Shown here: positions 1-14,200 of the stretch, one piece after another
Numbering within the stretch: position 1 is the first letter of the stretch
Layout of the letters: each line of letters begins with the position of its first letter
Assembly (NCBI GenBank): GCA_965153355.1
Contig: OZ231126.1
Span: 33,418,001 to 33,482,000, forward strand
Direction of reading: 5' to 3'
Length of the DNA stretch: 64,000 nt
From: Flaccisagitta enflata
Lineage: Eukaryota
Position numbers and translations under genes: made by a program
The notes under the pieces: model-generated
Database searches by the model: none
Told to the model about the DNA's origin: nothing
What the model saw: the letters and a program-made list of their open reading frames with translations, nothing else

Positions 1-308
1 TGTATTTTCTGTGTGCTTTATGTGCGCTTTTTCTACCTGTATTCTCTGCTTGTTTCCTCTGCTTGTTTCCCCTGATTTTTCTCTGCTTGTTCCCTCTGCT
101 TGTTCGTCTGCTCTTACGTCTGTTCGTTGGATTCAAATCCATTGGTGCGTTTCTTTCATTAGTTTTGTATTCCATTTTGTATTCCCCCTCCCCCTTCTTT
201 ATTTCTTTTTTTCTCTTTCATTTGATTTTATTTCCCTTCTTCGCTTTATTCCTTTATCTCGCGGTCCATCGATTTATTCAAACGAGAAAAAAGGGGATGA
301 AATGAGAA

Positions 309-679
<371 letters not shown>

Positions 680-1048
680 CGAATAAATACATTGCAAGAT
701 TGATTTAGTGAAGATATTGATTGATGTAAGAAAAAGGTAGATTGGTAGAAAGATAGATTGCAATATATGCGAATAGATGCTCAAATGGGTCGATGGAAAA
801 CGACAGACAAATCTACAGAAAACGCTCAAAGGGGGACCCACGCGCTTTGGATTTAAGAGTAGATGCAAATCAGAATTGGGGATCGGGGAAAAGGTCGAAG
901 TATGCGTTGAAAGTTCAAACCACAACAACGGTTTTTTGTTGGTTGGAATTAACAACAACTTTTGCTCCTCAGGTAGAAACGGCATCATAAAAAAAAGAAG
1001 CCAAAGAGAGAGAGAAAAAAACCCAAAGGAACGATCAACGCATCAATA

Positions 1049-2442
1049 GTCTAGGATTTAAGGAAAAGGACTCGGCGTTTTTGGGGCAAAGCGTGAAAAT
1101 TTGCATACGGGGTCAGTTTTTCGTGCCGAATAAGACTAGACGGGGTACACGTCGTTTTTCAAGTGTACCCGTTTAAATACGCGTTTTGTCTCTTTCAATA
1201 CTATGGCAATGCTGAAACCAGGCCTGAGACGGATGACCATAAAAAAAAAAAAAAAAAAAATATGCCTTTTTTCACTTGCACGCAAAATTTCAGCAAAATC
1301 GTCTAGTAGAGGTTATATTGCCGTTTGAAGTTTAGCGCCTATTTTCAAAAAAGCTATTTCATTTGTGTAAAATTGTTTTTTTTGAAAGTTTGAAATTTGT
1401 TTACTTGCATATATTACCCATTTACTTAAAAACAAAAAAAATCTGTTTCTTTTTTCCATTTTATGGCAAAAAAAACTACCAAGTTCAGCTTTTGGCCTGA
1501 TTTTCAAGAAAGCAGTGAAAAAATGTTAAACATTGGTTTACTGGCTCTGCTGTCATAAAGTGTACCCACTTATTCCCAAACTTTCAGGAGGGGTACATTA
1601 ACTGGAAAAGACAAAATTTAATTTCAAAGTCTAAAGAAAAATTTAAAGCATTTTTTTACCCTTCTTTGATATACGAAAAAATTCAATGCTTGATTAAGAA
1701 GCTGAAATTTGGCTCAGATATGCCCCTTACATATAGGGACTTGATACACAAAATTTTAGCAAATTGGTTGCTGCAGTCAGCTACCAAATGCCCTCAGTCC
1801 AAAAATGTGAAATTTTGGGTCGTTTTTTTTTAATTCTTTTGAAATTGAATTATGTCTTTTTAGGTTAATGTACCCTCTGAAAGTTTGGGAATAAGTTGTA
1901 CACTTTATGACAATAGATTCTGAAGGCCTCCAATGATTTTCATTATTTTCGCACTAGCCCTTTTTGAAAATCAGGTTAAATTTTGAAGTGCTGATTTTTG
2001 TTTTTAAAAAAAAAAACATGGATTTTTTTTTCAATTTTTTTTGTTTTTAGGGTAAATTGGGTAAATAAATGTTTAAAACTAATTTCAGACTTCAGCTCAA
2101 AAAACACAATTTTACCTCAAAATTAAAACATAGCTCTTTTTTTCAAAATAGGCCTAGACTTTAAACGGCAATATCTTCGCTTCTACTGAACCGATTTTCT
2201 GAAATTTTGCATGCAAGTAAAAAAGGCATATTTTTCTTCACCTAAATTTTTATGGTCATCCGTCAACTGGTTTGGCGTCAGCGCCATTTCAAAGTGTTTT
2301 TTAAAACGCGTTTTTGAACGGGGTACACTTAAAAATCCGTGTTGCACTATTCTGTTCGGACGAAAACTAACTTCACGCAAATTTTCACGCTTTGCCCCAA
2401 AAACGCCGAGTTCTTTTTTTTTATTCCTTTAAGAGACTGGAC
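1049..2442. mobile_element. Foldback/MITE with ~600-bp diverged inverted arms and TA target duplication (Tc1/mariner-type ends)
   Basis: TA|GTCTAG...ACTCGGCGTTTTTGGGGCAAAGCGTGAAAATTTGC on the left matches the reverse complement of ...ATTTTCACGCTTTGCCCCAAAAACGCCGAG...CTGGAC|TA on the right; similarity continues inward (GGATGACCATAAAAA, TATTCCCAAACTTTCAG). Confidence 0.85.
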
Positions 2443-2959
2443 TACAACCCAGACATCGGCGGCGCACCGGAGGTCGATGGAAACGTCCCACTCAACTGGT
2501 TGCCACTGAGATTTGAGTATCTTTCGTGAGCTATCTCCAGGTTGACGTTACTATGATTATTCATCCATGGACGCGCGTTGTTTCTCTCTCACCGCGTCCT
2601 TATAGGATATATAGAGTCGTATTGATCTCTTTCTAATGTCTATGGCCTAAATTGTGTAAATGGCCTGAGTGGGCTTATTTTATTTAAAAAAAAAAAAAAA
2701 AACAAAAAAAAAAAAAAAAAAAAACCAAACAAACAAAACAAACCTCATTGGATTTAGAGATCTGAATGGCTCCTTTAAGACATGAGAGTGCAATAAGAAG
2801 GCTGAGAAGGGAGGTGAGGGGGCAAGTGAGTGTTTCATGGCTAAGAAGCCTGATTCGAGGTCTTTGGTAGCTGATTATGACGGAAATATAACAGTTATGC
2901 CGCTCCCTCTAAAATTTCACCAAACCTTTTTTTCCCTCTCGTCCTCACTTTTTTCGTTT

Positions 2960-3430
<471 letters not shown>

Positions 3431-3705
3431 CTTATATAGTTTTTGCTATTTTTTCTTGCTTCATCCTTTTTTTTTTCAGTTGTCCTTCACCCTCACTCCA
3501 TGGTGCCACGTTTTTTATCCCCACCAAATTCTTTTTTGTCCATTTTGAATTTTCTATCCGACAAAAAAAAAACCCTGACAGAAAATACGACGATGAGTGA
3601 AGAAAAAGAAGTTTCGCTCACGGATAAAATTATGTCCAACTTTTGAAGAGAGAGAAAGAGATGGAAACATAGTGAAGCAACAACAAAAGCCAAGGAAATA
3701 CATCA

Positions 3706-3740
<35 letters not shown>

Positions 3741-3995
3741 AAAAAAAGAACGAACGAAAGAAAGAAAGCAAGAAAGAAAGAGATGAAGTTGTTCTTCTTT
3801 TAAGTTGGTCTTAGTTCCATCTCGGTGGAGGTTTGGCCCCCATGCCGTGATTCAAGGCCTTTCACCCGCGCTTCTATGACTCGCCGACGATTCTTATGTG
3901 TGTGTTTGGTTTTTGACGGTAATGATGGATTGGCATCACCGTCATCACCAGACAGACTGACAACGACGACGAGGACAGACGTGCTGACAGGCGGA

Positions 3996-4086
<91 letters not shown>

Positions 4087-4255
4087 CCAAGTCAAGGTTC
4101 AATGATAACGAATGACGACGTTGTTGTTGGCGTATTAAGAAAAGTGTGACGACGTTAACGACGATGACGATGACGATAACTGTTGCGTCATAAGTGAGAG
4201 ATTTCGTCGGGTTTATGAACTGTACCCTCTTTCTTTTTCTCACTACGTAGTTAGG

Positions 4256-4545
4256 TTTTTAGATGCGTCCGTCAGGAACGCATCTCTATAAGAGATTCTG
4301 TCCGTTCGTCCGTCCGTCCGTCCGTCCATTCGTTCGTCCGTCCGTCTGTTGCGCCTGTGCAAATACCACGTTTCTCGGCTGTTTTTGGCCACGGTGATAT
4401 CCTACACTGAGACAAATGATCAACCAACATGTTTTGAGAGTGTTTTCACTCGTCTGTTCGTCCATCTGTCTCTCCATACATATGTCACATGTTCAATACA
4501 CGCTTAGACACAGCCCGGACGTATCGTTGCCAGGTCGGCCTTGTT
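4256..4545 (+). mobile_element. HINE/DINE-1-like non-autonomous Helentron element
   Basis: TTTTTAGATGCGT...ACGCATCT 5' inverted repeat, (CCGT)n, 3' subterminal repeat and hairpin, ends GGCCTTGTT; close inverted copy at 50137-50397. Confidence 0.75.
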
Positions 4546-4780
4546 GATGGATGATTTGATTGTGATTGTGAATTAGATTGTATGACAGCCCTCTCACTCT
4601 TCTGCCCGTTTCTGTTCTCCCTTTTTTCCGTCGCGGATACGCGACAGTAGAACTTGTCGTGTAGGTTGGTCGGTCCGTTGGTCCGTGTGTCGTTTGGTCC
4701 GTCTGTCCATCATAAAGTTGTTTTTCGCGGTTTTCTACTCCTGCCCACCTGAGGGGGAGTGTATATGGCCTTGTTCTGGT

Positions 4781-4871
<91 letters not shown>

Positions 4872-5453
4872 CGGCAATGCCGACGAGAGAACAACCGATA
4901 TTTCGAAATGGATAACAGAATTTGACGGATTGCGGTTTACAAGTCGCAATCTTTGAAGCGTTTTTTTTTAACGGCTTTCAACAAACAAAGACACTGACTC
5001 TTCCTATGTGAGCCATTTATAACGGATGGGCATAGCCATAGGACTCTGAGCTTCTTTTTATGCCCCGTGCATGGTATCTGATTTTGTATTTCCCCTGCTT
5101 TGTCATTATTTCTCGTTATCTGCCTGGTTCTTCATGGTTTAGTTCTTTTTTATTCCAGCTCTACCCCCGAAGATAAAAGGCACCTCCTCTCGCCAGTTAC
5201 AGACGCTTTTGGTTGGGCAGGGGCAGTGATATGATAAACTGATGAAGAGAAGCTAAGACTTCTTCACAGAAAACTTTTTGAAAAATGTACGACGAGCGAA
5301 ACGAACGACCAGCGGACTGATCGATGATCCGGTCGTTAAGGTGATACATATAGATTGGTGAGTGAGTAACTCGAAAGAACAAAAGAATGGGAAAAAGAAG
5401 ATTGAATATGAAGGATCGTCATAAGCCGATAAGAATATGGATATTGGATACGC

Positions 5454-5700
<247 letters not shown>

Positions 5701-5975
5701 AAGAGATACAGACAATAACAAACTGAGCCAGGTGCACACACACTACGCTTAGAAGCCATGGACCAAAGTCAAAGCACCGCTCATCGCAGTATGCTAGAAT
5801 GTGTATATGTGTGGCAGAGGCTCAGGAAAAAAGTTTCATAAGCATCAAAGACCTCAAACCATCGGCAGCGAGCATAATTATGATAAAGATTAAGGTAGAT
5901 ACTAACATATTTACATTCAGTTAACTCTTTTTTCATCTTTTATCTTTTAGTTATTCTTCATGTTTCAGCCAAGCA

Positions 5976-6186
5976 TTTTTATACGTATACCACGCGACTG
6001 TTTACCCCGCTTTGTCGTCCGTTGGTCGGTTGGTGGGTCAGTTGATTGGTTGGTGCCCTTTTTACTTTTTCGGCATTTTTTAGCATTTTGAGCTAATTGC
6101 TGCTGCCCAAATGCCCCAGTAACCTTATCTATCAATGCCCCTGCCCACCCGCACGCGACTAGGGTAGCCCTGTATCCGGCCTTGTT
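5976..6186 (+). mobile_element. HINE-like element
   Basis: CACGCGACT at both ends, GTCG/GTTG microsatellite, 3' GTATCCGGCCTTGTT. Confidence 0.7.
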
Positions 6187-6463
6187 ATATCTTTAATTGC
6201 ACCAACATAAGAGGCTCAGTCAGTGCATCCGTCCGTTTGACCTTTGGTTTGTTAAGCTCATGTGAAAAAATCAATGAAATAGACCAAAATCACTTTCTCC
6301 TGCGGGAAATTCAATTCATTCCTCATCTCATCTCATTCATTCATTCATTCATTCATTCATTCATTCATTCATTCATTCATTCATTCATTCATTCATTTAT
6401 TCATTCATTCATTTATGGTGATTTGGGGTTTTTGGGTGGTGGTTGGGTATATAATGTCTCTAG

Positions 6464-7176
6464 CACAGTCACCCAGAGCTTGACGGCAGTTGACCTGAAA
6501 TGATCGTCACCAACTTCAGTGGTTTCATGACCCTGATGGTGCATAGATTACATTTCTAGAAAAAATGAAATCTGTTTTGGGGCGCTTTTTAAGATATCTA
6601 AAAAAATAGTACTATTTTACTATATTTTTTACCATAACTCTTTGTGATGAATTTTTTTGATAATTCTGACTGCAGATTTCATTTCAGATGATAGTTTCCG
6701 ATTTGTTTGATATGTCACACTATATACTTTTGCAAAAGAAATAAAAAGTTAAATTTTGCTATTTAACATTGTTTTATATAGTAATGTGACCAAAAAATAA
6801 GCTTTTATTTCTTTTGCAAAAGTATATAGTGTGACATATCAAACGAACCGGAAACTATCATCTGAGATCAAATCTGCAGTCAAAATTATCAAAAAAATTT
6901 ATCACTAAGAGTTATAGTAAAAAATATAGTAAAATAATACTATTCTTTTAGATACCTAAAAAGCGCCCCAAAACAGATTTCCTTTTTTTTAGAAATATAA
7001 TCTATGCATCATCAGGGTCATATAAGGGGTTTTTGCATTGGGAAAATTATCAAAATATTACATAGGGAATATTGAGAAAATATCTAGATAATATTCCCAA
7101 TGCGAAAACCCCTGAAACCACTGAAGTTGGTGACGATCATTTCAGGTCAACTGGCGTCAAGCTCTGGGCTGCTGTG
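6464..7176. mobile_element. Palindromic MITE with CACAG termini and CTAG flanks (Chapaev/CMC-like)
   Basis: CTAG|CACAGTCACCCAGAGCTTGACG... and ...CGTCAAGCTCTGGGCTGCTGTG|CTAG; arms highly similar over ~300 bp. Confidence 0.8.
7026..7111. mobile_element. Small nested hairpin MITE (GGGG termini, Harbinger-like)
   Basis: GGGGTTTTTGCATTGGGAA...TTCCCAATGCGAAAACCCC is present only in the right arm of the 6464-7176 element; flanked by TAA/TGA. Confidence 0.6.
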
Positions 7177-7792
7177 CTAGTATGCCGAAACCAACCAAAG
7201 TGCGGACCAACCAACAGACATTGCGGGTTATGGAGTCGCGTGCACGCGACCAAAAGGTAACAACTACATTTGGCAGTTCACAGATCATTTTTTCTTTGCT
7301 TGACCCAGATACATGTTAATCTATGCACCTTTGAGATTTTTTAAGGATTAAACCCGATTTTTTGTCGCGCTTTGTTGGTCGTTCCGTTTCTCAGTTTCTC
7401 CATCTGCCCGTTCCATTCTGTCCATCCCCCCGTCCATTTGTCCAGCCGGCCGGCCGTCCATCCGGCCGTCCATCCGTCCGTCACGTCCGTCACATCCATC
7501 TATCCGTCCATCCATCCATCCTTCCATCCATCCTTCCGTCCATCACCATCAGTTTTTTTTTTTGGCGTTTAGGAGCGGTTTTTTCATTACTCCTTCCCAA
7601 AAACTTGGGTTAGCCTTTTCATCACTGCCCCTGCCCCACCCACACGCAACTTCGTTAGCCGTGTATACGGCCTTGTTAGTCGCGGACATGCAACTATATA
7701 AGAGACTTTGTCCGTCCAATGGTCTGTCCATCCGTAACGCACATGTCAAAAAGTCGAAAATGAATGTCTCAGGGGCTCTTTGGGTGTGTGTA

Positions 7793-8074
7793 CTGTATTT
7801 CTTGCATTTATCGCCCCCCTCTAATCAGCGCCCCCCCTTTTTTAAGACAAAAAAGAGAGCTTATGATGAAAAGAATAGAGGAATGTTATGCAATGCAAAA
7901 TTTGTCTCTGTTGCTGTATTGCACTGATTTATAAAATATTTATTCACAAATAATTATTTTCTCATTAAAACATCTATACATAAATGAATGAGGGGTCGCT
8001 AATTGGAGGTTGAAAATTACAATGTTTCATTTCAATTTCAAAAGCGCCTGGGGCGCTAATTGAAGGAAATATGG
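7793..8074. mobile_element. pogo/Tigger-like MITE inserted in a HINE copy (~7676-8168)
   Basis: TA|CTGTATTTC...GAAATATGG|TA with subterminal GCGCCCC/GGGGCGC. Confidence 0.6.
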
Positions 8075-8387
8075 TATTAGTCGGAGGGAGCAGGCGCAGG
8101 GTGTTGATGGGGGTTGGGTGCCCCTGTCAACCAATCTTTAACGATAATGTGACCCCACGTCACTTGTTTACTGCTTTGAAGAACTTCATGATTGCAGTTA
8201 TAAAGAAATGACAAGGGAAAAAGATGTTCTGCGCACTTTTGACCTTAATAAGCCCGCTGCCGATGGTTTTTGGTCACTGAGGGTCATGAAACTTCGCATT
8301 TTGTTTTAATTCACACATATCAACATCCGCTCATGCTGCGATTGGGGGTCTGACAATTTTGGTCAATTCCTGCTAAGCGTAACACAC

Positions 8388-8488
<101 letters not shown>

Positions 8489-8526
8489 TTCACAAACAAG
8501 GCTATTGAGGGGGTGGGTGGGAGAGT

Positions 8527-8687
8527 AACAAGGCCGGATACACAGCAGGACAGTCGCGGACGGTTTGGCAGGGGCGGTAATGCAAAAAAACGCTCGCAAT
8601 TTAAAAAGGTTACGGGACCGACGGACCGACCTACCGACCTACCGACCGACACGGCAAGGTGTAGAGTCGCGTGTCCGCGACTAAAAA
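8527..8687 (-). mobile_element. HINE-like element
   Basis: AACAAGGCCGGATACAC ... (GACC)n ... AGTCGCGTGTCCGCGACTAAAAA. Confidence 0.75.
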
Positions 8688-9110
8688 TTGCGATAAGATA
8701 GAAAGATGGGTTCAAAACAGAGAGGCATTTAGGCATTGAGGTAGATAGACAGCGCGAAAAATAATGGAAGCTAGAAATTGGTAGGGAATAGTAAAAACTC
8801 ATCTCGTCTTGTCAGATTGAAAACTCCTCCCCATAACCATTAACCAAACCACTTAAATTGTGTCGTTGCTACTGAAAGCGTGGGCTCAAATTGTTGTACC
8901 GCCACCGTCTGGGTTTTAGTCTGGGTCTGTGTCTGACTTTTTGTTTCCATGTCTAAGTCGTTCAATATTCCCGCTTTCTTTCACGTTCCTCCGGCCTTAC
9001 ATCACCACTCCAGACTTGTTGGGTAGACGCTCGTATATCACCGTTTATGAACAAATTAATCCGATTTTACAACCGGTTGTCGTTTTTACCGATTTTACAA
9101 CCGGTTGTTG

Positions 9111-9450
9111 TTTTTAGTTGCGGACACGCAACTCTATAAGAAGCTTTGCCCGTCCGTCCGTCCGTCCGTCCGTCCGTCCGTCCGTCCGTCCGTCCGTCCG
9201 TCCGTCCGTCCGTCCGTCCGTCCGTCCGTCCGTCCGTCCGTCCGTCCGTCCGTCCGTCCGTCCGTCCGTCGGTTGGTCCGTCACGCTCGAGTTGAAAACG
9301 CGAGAAACGCGCATTTTACGATGCTGCAGCTGTCATTGAATGTGTATGGGTGTATGTTAGTGTGTGGGAAGGGGGTTGGGGCGAGGCTGGGGGTTGGGAG
9401 CCCCTGCCCACCCGTCCGCAACGATATTGTGACCCCCGCGTCACTTGTTT
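9111..9450 (+). mobile_element. HINE-like element with expanded (CCGT)n
   Basis: TTTTTAGTTGCGGACACGCAACT, ~30 CCGT units, 3' GTCCGCAAC, GTGAC...GTCAC hairpin, TTGTT. Confidence 0.75.
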
Positions 9451-11284
9451 CTTTATCTTGTTACATTTTATCAATTAACACGTTGAGGACAATTTCGCGG
9501 TAAGTGAACTCGTCTGGGACATACTGAAAATATGGAGATACGCATTAAGAAGGCCAGGTAAGCCAATGTGCAATGTGCAACATGTGGACTGTCAAATTAA
9601 TGTGTTACTTGACCAACCAACCAACTGACCAACCAACCAACGGACATTTATGTGCATTGTTGCTCTTAAAAACTCAAATTATGTAAAAGTTGTTTAGAAT
9701 TGAAATCATAGTAATTCTTCATAGTATCTATAAAAAAAACATCAAAATAGTTAATTTCACGGTGAGTGTATTCATATGAGACTTACTGAAAATGTGTAGA
9801 CACCCCTTTAATTGAGTTCACTTTCTGCGAATTACTTCTTGAGCTCGTTCAATAACAAATTCTTTCATCCAGAATAACTCGCAGATTTCCTCCGTCTCTC
9901 TCCATCAAGCATGTATACGCTTATCTTCATAATCGAACTTTACAAAGCAAAAAAATTGTAAGATAATAAGTTATTGATTATGCTTTGTTTCGATTGCCAA
10001 CAAAGCAATAACAAGTAATGTATGCATCAAAATGGCAACATTGTTGGCGTATCGCAGTCATTCCAATTAGCCTACTCGGGGTACGCGAACTGTTGCAATA
10101 AGACAATCCATGAGTTCTATTTCAGATAAATGGATTGCCACAGACAAAATAGCAAAACAGTTTTTTAATACTGACACTTGGTCGAGAAAATTCCAATTCT
10201 GGTTAGCCATAGAAAGTAGTTTACCATTTTTCAAAGCTTTATTTTGAAGGAGTAAAAGTTATATGAATGAAGAAAAAAAAAGTCCAGTTAAATGAATGAA
10301 GAAGAAAAAAAGTCCAGTTATGAGGCAAACAAAAATCTTTGAAGCGAAAGTTTTCTATCCGTCACAGGATTGGAAACGTAATCATGGGAGTGAAGGCGTG
10401 CTTGGAACGTCTGTCTACGCGTGTCAAATCCTGGAAGTCAGAACTAGTCCCAAGTTTCCAAAAAGGCCGATGATCTACAATTTTACTGAGGGCAACTTTA
10501 CGTTTCTCCATTTTTGATACCTCTCCCAAGACCTTTGACCGGGCCTAACACGACCTGGCTGAGGGGTCCTCATTCGACCATGAAGCTAAATAAACATACA
10601 CCATCTTATTCAGAAATGTAACACCAAAAGAACTCGATAACCCCTTCAAAGCCTTCACCAAACGTCGAGTGTCAGACCAAACCCCATTTAGATCGCATTT
10701 GGTTTAGATTTTAAGAGAGAGAAAGAAAAAGAGAGAGAGAGAAAAAAAAGAAGGACCGTCGATCTAAGTTCTTTGTGTTAAACGAATCGTGAATGATAAG
10801 CAAAAAGAAAGAAAAAGATTGGATATTGAAAGAAAAACACACGCGCAGATCTACACACAAAGACAACAAAGACTATCACGGAGAAAATTCTTTGTTATGT
10901 ATTTTGAATCAGACTTTTTGTTATCTTACTTAACAACTTCAATTTGAGAGTTGACTTGTCGCCCATTTTCAACGTGTTATCTACATGTTACCTATTGGCA
11001 ACCTATAGTCTTCCTCTGACCCCATTTTGCTTTTTCCAAAGGGGCAAAAAAGGTCTTATGGTCATTCGCTGCAAGTACGAGACCACACGAAGACGCGCAC
11101 ACACCCACGCACACATTCATGACCACGTGTGCCCACGTAAATCCATCAATTGCCTCTTAATACCCCATTTACGACTGATCGATTTTTTTTCTTTTTCTGC
11201 AATTCCATTTTAATTTCTCGGATTTATTTGTTGTTATTCATTAATAACATTTTAAGCTAAAATTCTTTTATTTGCTTAATTAAA

Positions 11285-14200
11285 GTTCTGATGGCGTCGC
11301 GCCCGATGGTGGGCCAGTGGCGTTTCAACGGCGAAAACTAATCTGACTTTTACGTGGCTCGACCGGCTATTGTGCGCGTGGTCCTCGAAACTTTTAGGAG
11401 GTGAAATTAAAAGAAACTAGCTTCAATTTCAGTGATCAGAACTAATATCTGTGTCGACAATGGCGGCTTTCCTTTTCTTCCTTCTCGTCCTCTCCGTCGT
11501 CGAAAAACCATCAAGCTGCTCTCGTACTTCTACTTCTGTGCCGCGACAATGCAACTTTCAACCGCGCGATTTTCAACAGCAACCTCAGCATCAACATCAT
11601 CTACAACAGCAGAAACAACAACGACAGCAACTTCTTCTCGCCGGCGACATTCATCTTCATCCCGGCCCTCAGTTCTTGGAGGAGAAAAAGATAAGAAAGG
11701 TCGCTTTTCCGTGTGTCGGTTGTGGGAAAGGTGTTACAAAGGCCAGCAAGGCCATCGAATGCGATTTGTGTTTGAAATGGACGCACGTTCGCTGCTCACT
11801 AACGGTTTCCATCGATAAATATAACGAATGTGTAAGAGAAGGCGGTGAAATTGCGTTCGTTTGTGACCTCTGCTGCCTCTCGTCTCTTCCTTTCTCTAAC
11901 GACGATGGTGTCGACGGATTTAGCTCTGACGCTGAGATTCATTCCAATGCATCTGCCGTTTCTTCTAATTCGACTTCCGTCTCTTCTAATTCGGCTTCCG
12001 CTTCTTCTAATACGACTTCCGCTTCTTCTAATTTGACCTCCGCTTCTTCTTATCCAATTTCCGCTGCTTTTAATCCGACTTTCGCTTCTTCCAATTCGAC
12101 TGCCGATTCATCGTTTCTCTCGTGTTTTATTCCTGACGTTCTCAAGTCCAAGGGTCTTCACTTCCTACATTCTAATGTGCGTTCTCTTCTTCCCAAGCTG
12201 CCCGAGATAAAACTCTTCCTGTCACGCACCAGAGCCACTGTTTTTGCGGTCTCTGAAACGTGGCTGGACTCCACGATAGGCGATGGCGAGGTGGCCGTTC
12301 CCGGCTTCAACGTCATACGGCAGGACCGGAACCGTAATGGAGGTGGAGTCGCAATGTATGTGCGGGACTCGATCGCCTTCAATCCTCGACCAGACCTCGC
12401 CGTTGATGGTCTTGAGGCGTCTTGGATCGAGCTTCTCCTTCCACGGACGAAAGGTATCCTCGTTTGTTCAGTATATCGTCCGCCAAATGACGGGGGATTT
12501 CTATCCAAGTTTGAACTTTCACTCTCTAAAATTGCCCCTGGAACTGAGTTTCATATTCTCGGGGATGTCAACATTGATTGCTTACAGAGATGTTCTCCTC
12601 TTTTGTCCAAGTATAAAGAGATATTGAATTTTTTTGGTTGCACTCAGTTGATCACTGAACCAACAAGAATCACCCCTACTTCTTCTTCTCTCATTGATCA
12701 TGTGATTACTAACGTAAGTGACTTAATAGTGGAGAGTGGGGTGATTCTAAACGGTTTCAGTGATCATCTGATTATTTTTAGTTCGAGGCATGGCGGAAAG
12801 GATTCATGTTCGGGTTCAAATGTTCGTTTAGTTCGCTCGTTTAGAATGTACTCGACATTTTCGTTTCTTATTGAACTGAGAAAGATTGATTGGTCCATGA
12901 TTTTGTCGTCCGACGATGTCAATTTTTGTCTGTCAGAATTTAATCGTCTTTTTCGTTTGGCAATTGACACTGTTGCCCCATTGCGGGAGGTTCGAGTAAG
13001 AAATAAGAAGAATCCATGGATGAATGCGCAAATTTTATCTCTGATACGTAAAAGAGACAACCTCTTTTCTCGCTTTAGGAAAGACCGTTCCAATGCTGTA
13101 CTGTATAAGGAATACTGTCAGATTCGCAACAAAGTTCAGAGAGACATCAAATTGGCCAAGGAAATATTTTTCAGAAATGGGGTTGAAAGGAATAGGGGTA
13201 ATTCGGGGAAATTGTGGAACCATTTGAAGTCTCTCGGCTTTAGTAAGAAAACCTCTAGTTCGTCTTCTATCGTGTTGGAGCAGGATGGTTCAAAGGTTTT
13301 TGATTCGTTTAGTGTGGCTCGAATTTTCAATAAGTTTTACACTTCAGTAGCTGGTAATCTGGTTTCTAAATTACCTGATCCTTTGGGAGTTTTTCACACG
13401 ACTTCTGAGGTTTTCAGAAATTTTTACTCGAGTAGAATTGGATTGCGCCCATCTTTCTGTCTCTCGCCTGTCACGGGTCAATTTATTCGTAAACAGTTAT
13501 CTTTAAATACGAAAAAAGCGGTTGGTCTAGACGACATTTCCTCTCTTTTTCTTCGCGATGGCGCGGATTGTATTGTAACACCAGTTAAACATATTATTAA
13601 CCTTTCTATCCTTACTGAAACGGTTCCCGCTTCTTTCAAGGAAGCAAAAGTTATCCCTCTTTTCAAAAAAGGCTCTACTTTGGATCCCGGCAATTACAGA
13701 CCGGTCAGTATTCTTAGTGTTCTTTCCAAGATTTTAGAACGTGCTGCTCACTCCCAATTAAGTGAATATTTAGAGAAGCGTGATTTGCTCTTTGAAAATC
13801 AATCTGGGTTTAGAGGTGGATATTCCACGGATTCATGTTTAATTGGTCTGACCGATTTTATTAGAAGCGAAATTGGTAAAGGAAATTTGATTGGCATGGT
13901 TTTGATTGATCTACAGAAAGCCTTTGACACTGTGGATCACTCAATTCTCTGTGAAAAGTTAAAATCCATTGGTATGTCTTCAACAGGTTGGTTTGAATCG
14001 TATCTAGCCGATCGTAGTCAATGTGTTGATATTGGTGGTACCAGGTCGGAATTTTTACCCGTAACTTGCGGAGTTCCCCAGGGTAGCATTTTGGGCCCTC
14101 TTCTGTTCTTGATTTATATCAATGACATGAATGTTAGTTTGACTTGTAGATTGTCTCTATACGCCGATGATTCCGCGCTCATTTTTTCTCATCGTGATTC

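Noticed and set aside
5239..5275. CTGATGA...GAAA hammerhead-like core
   Set aside because: Stems I and III cannot be formed and the spacing is non-canonical
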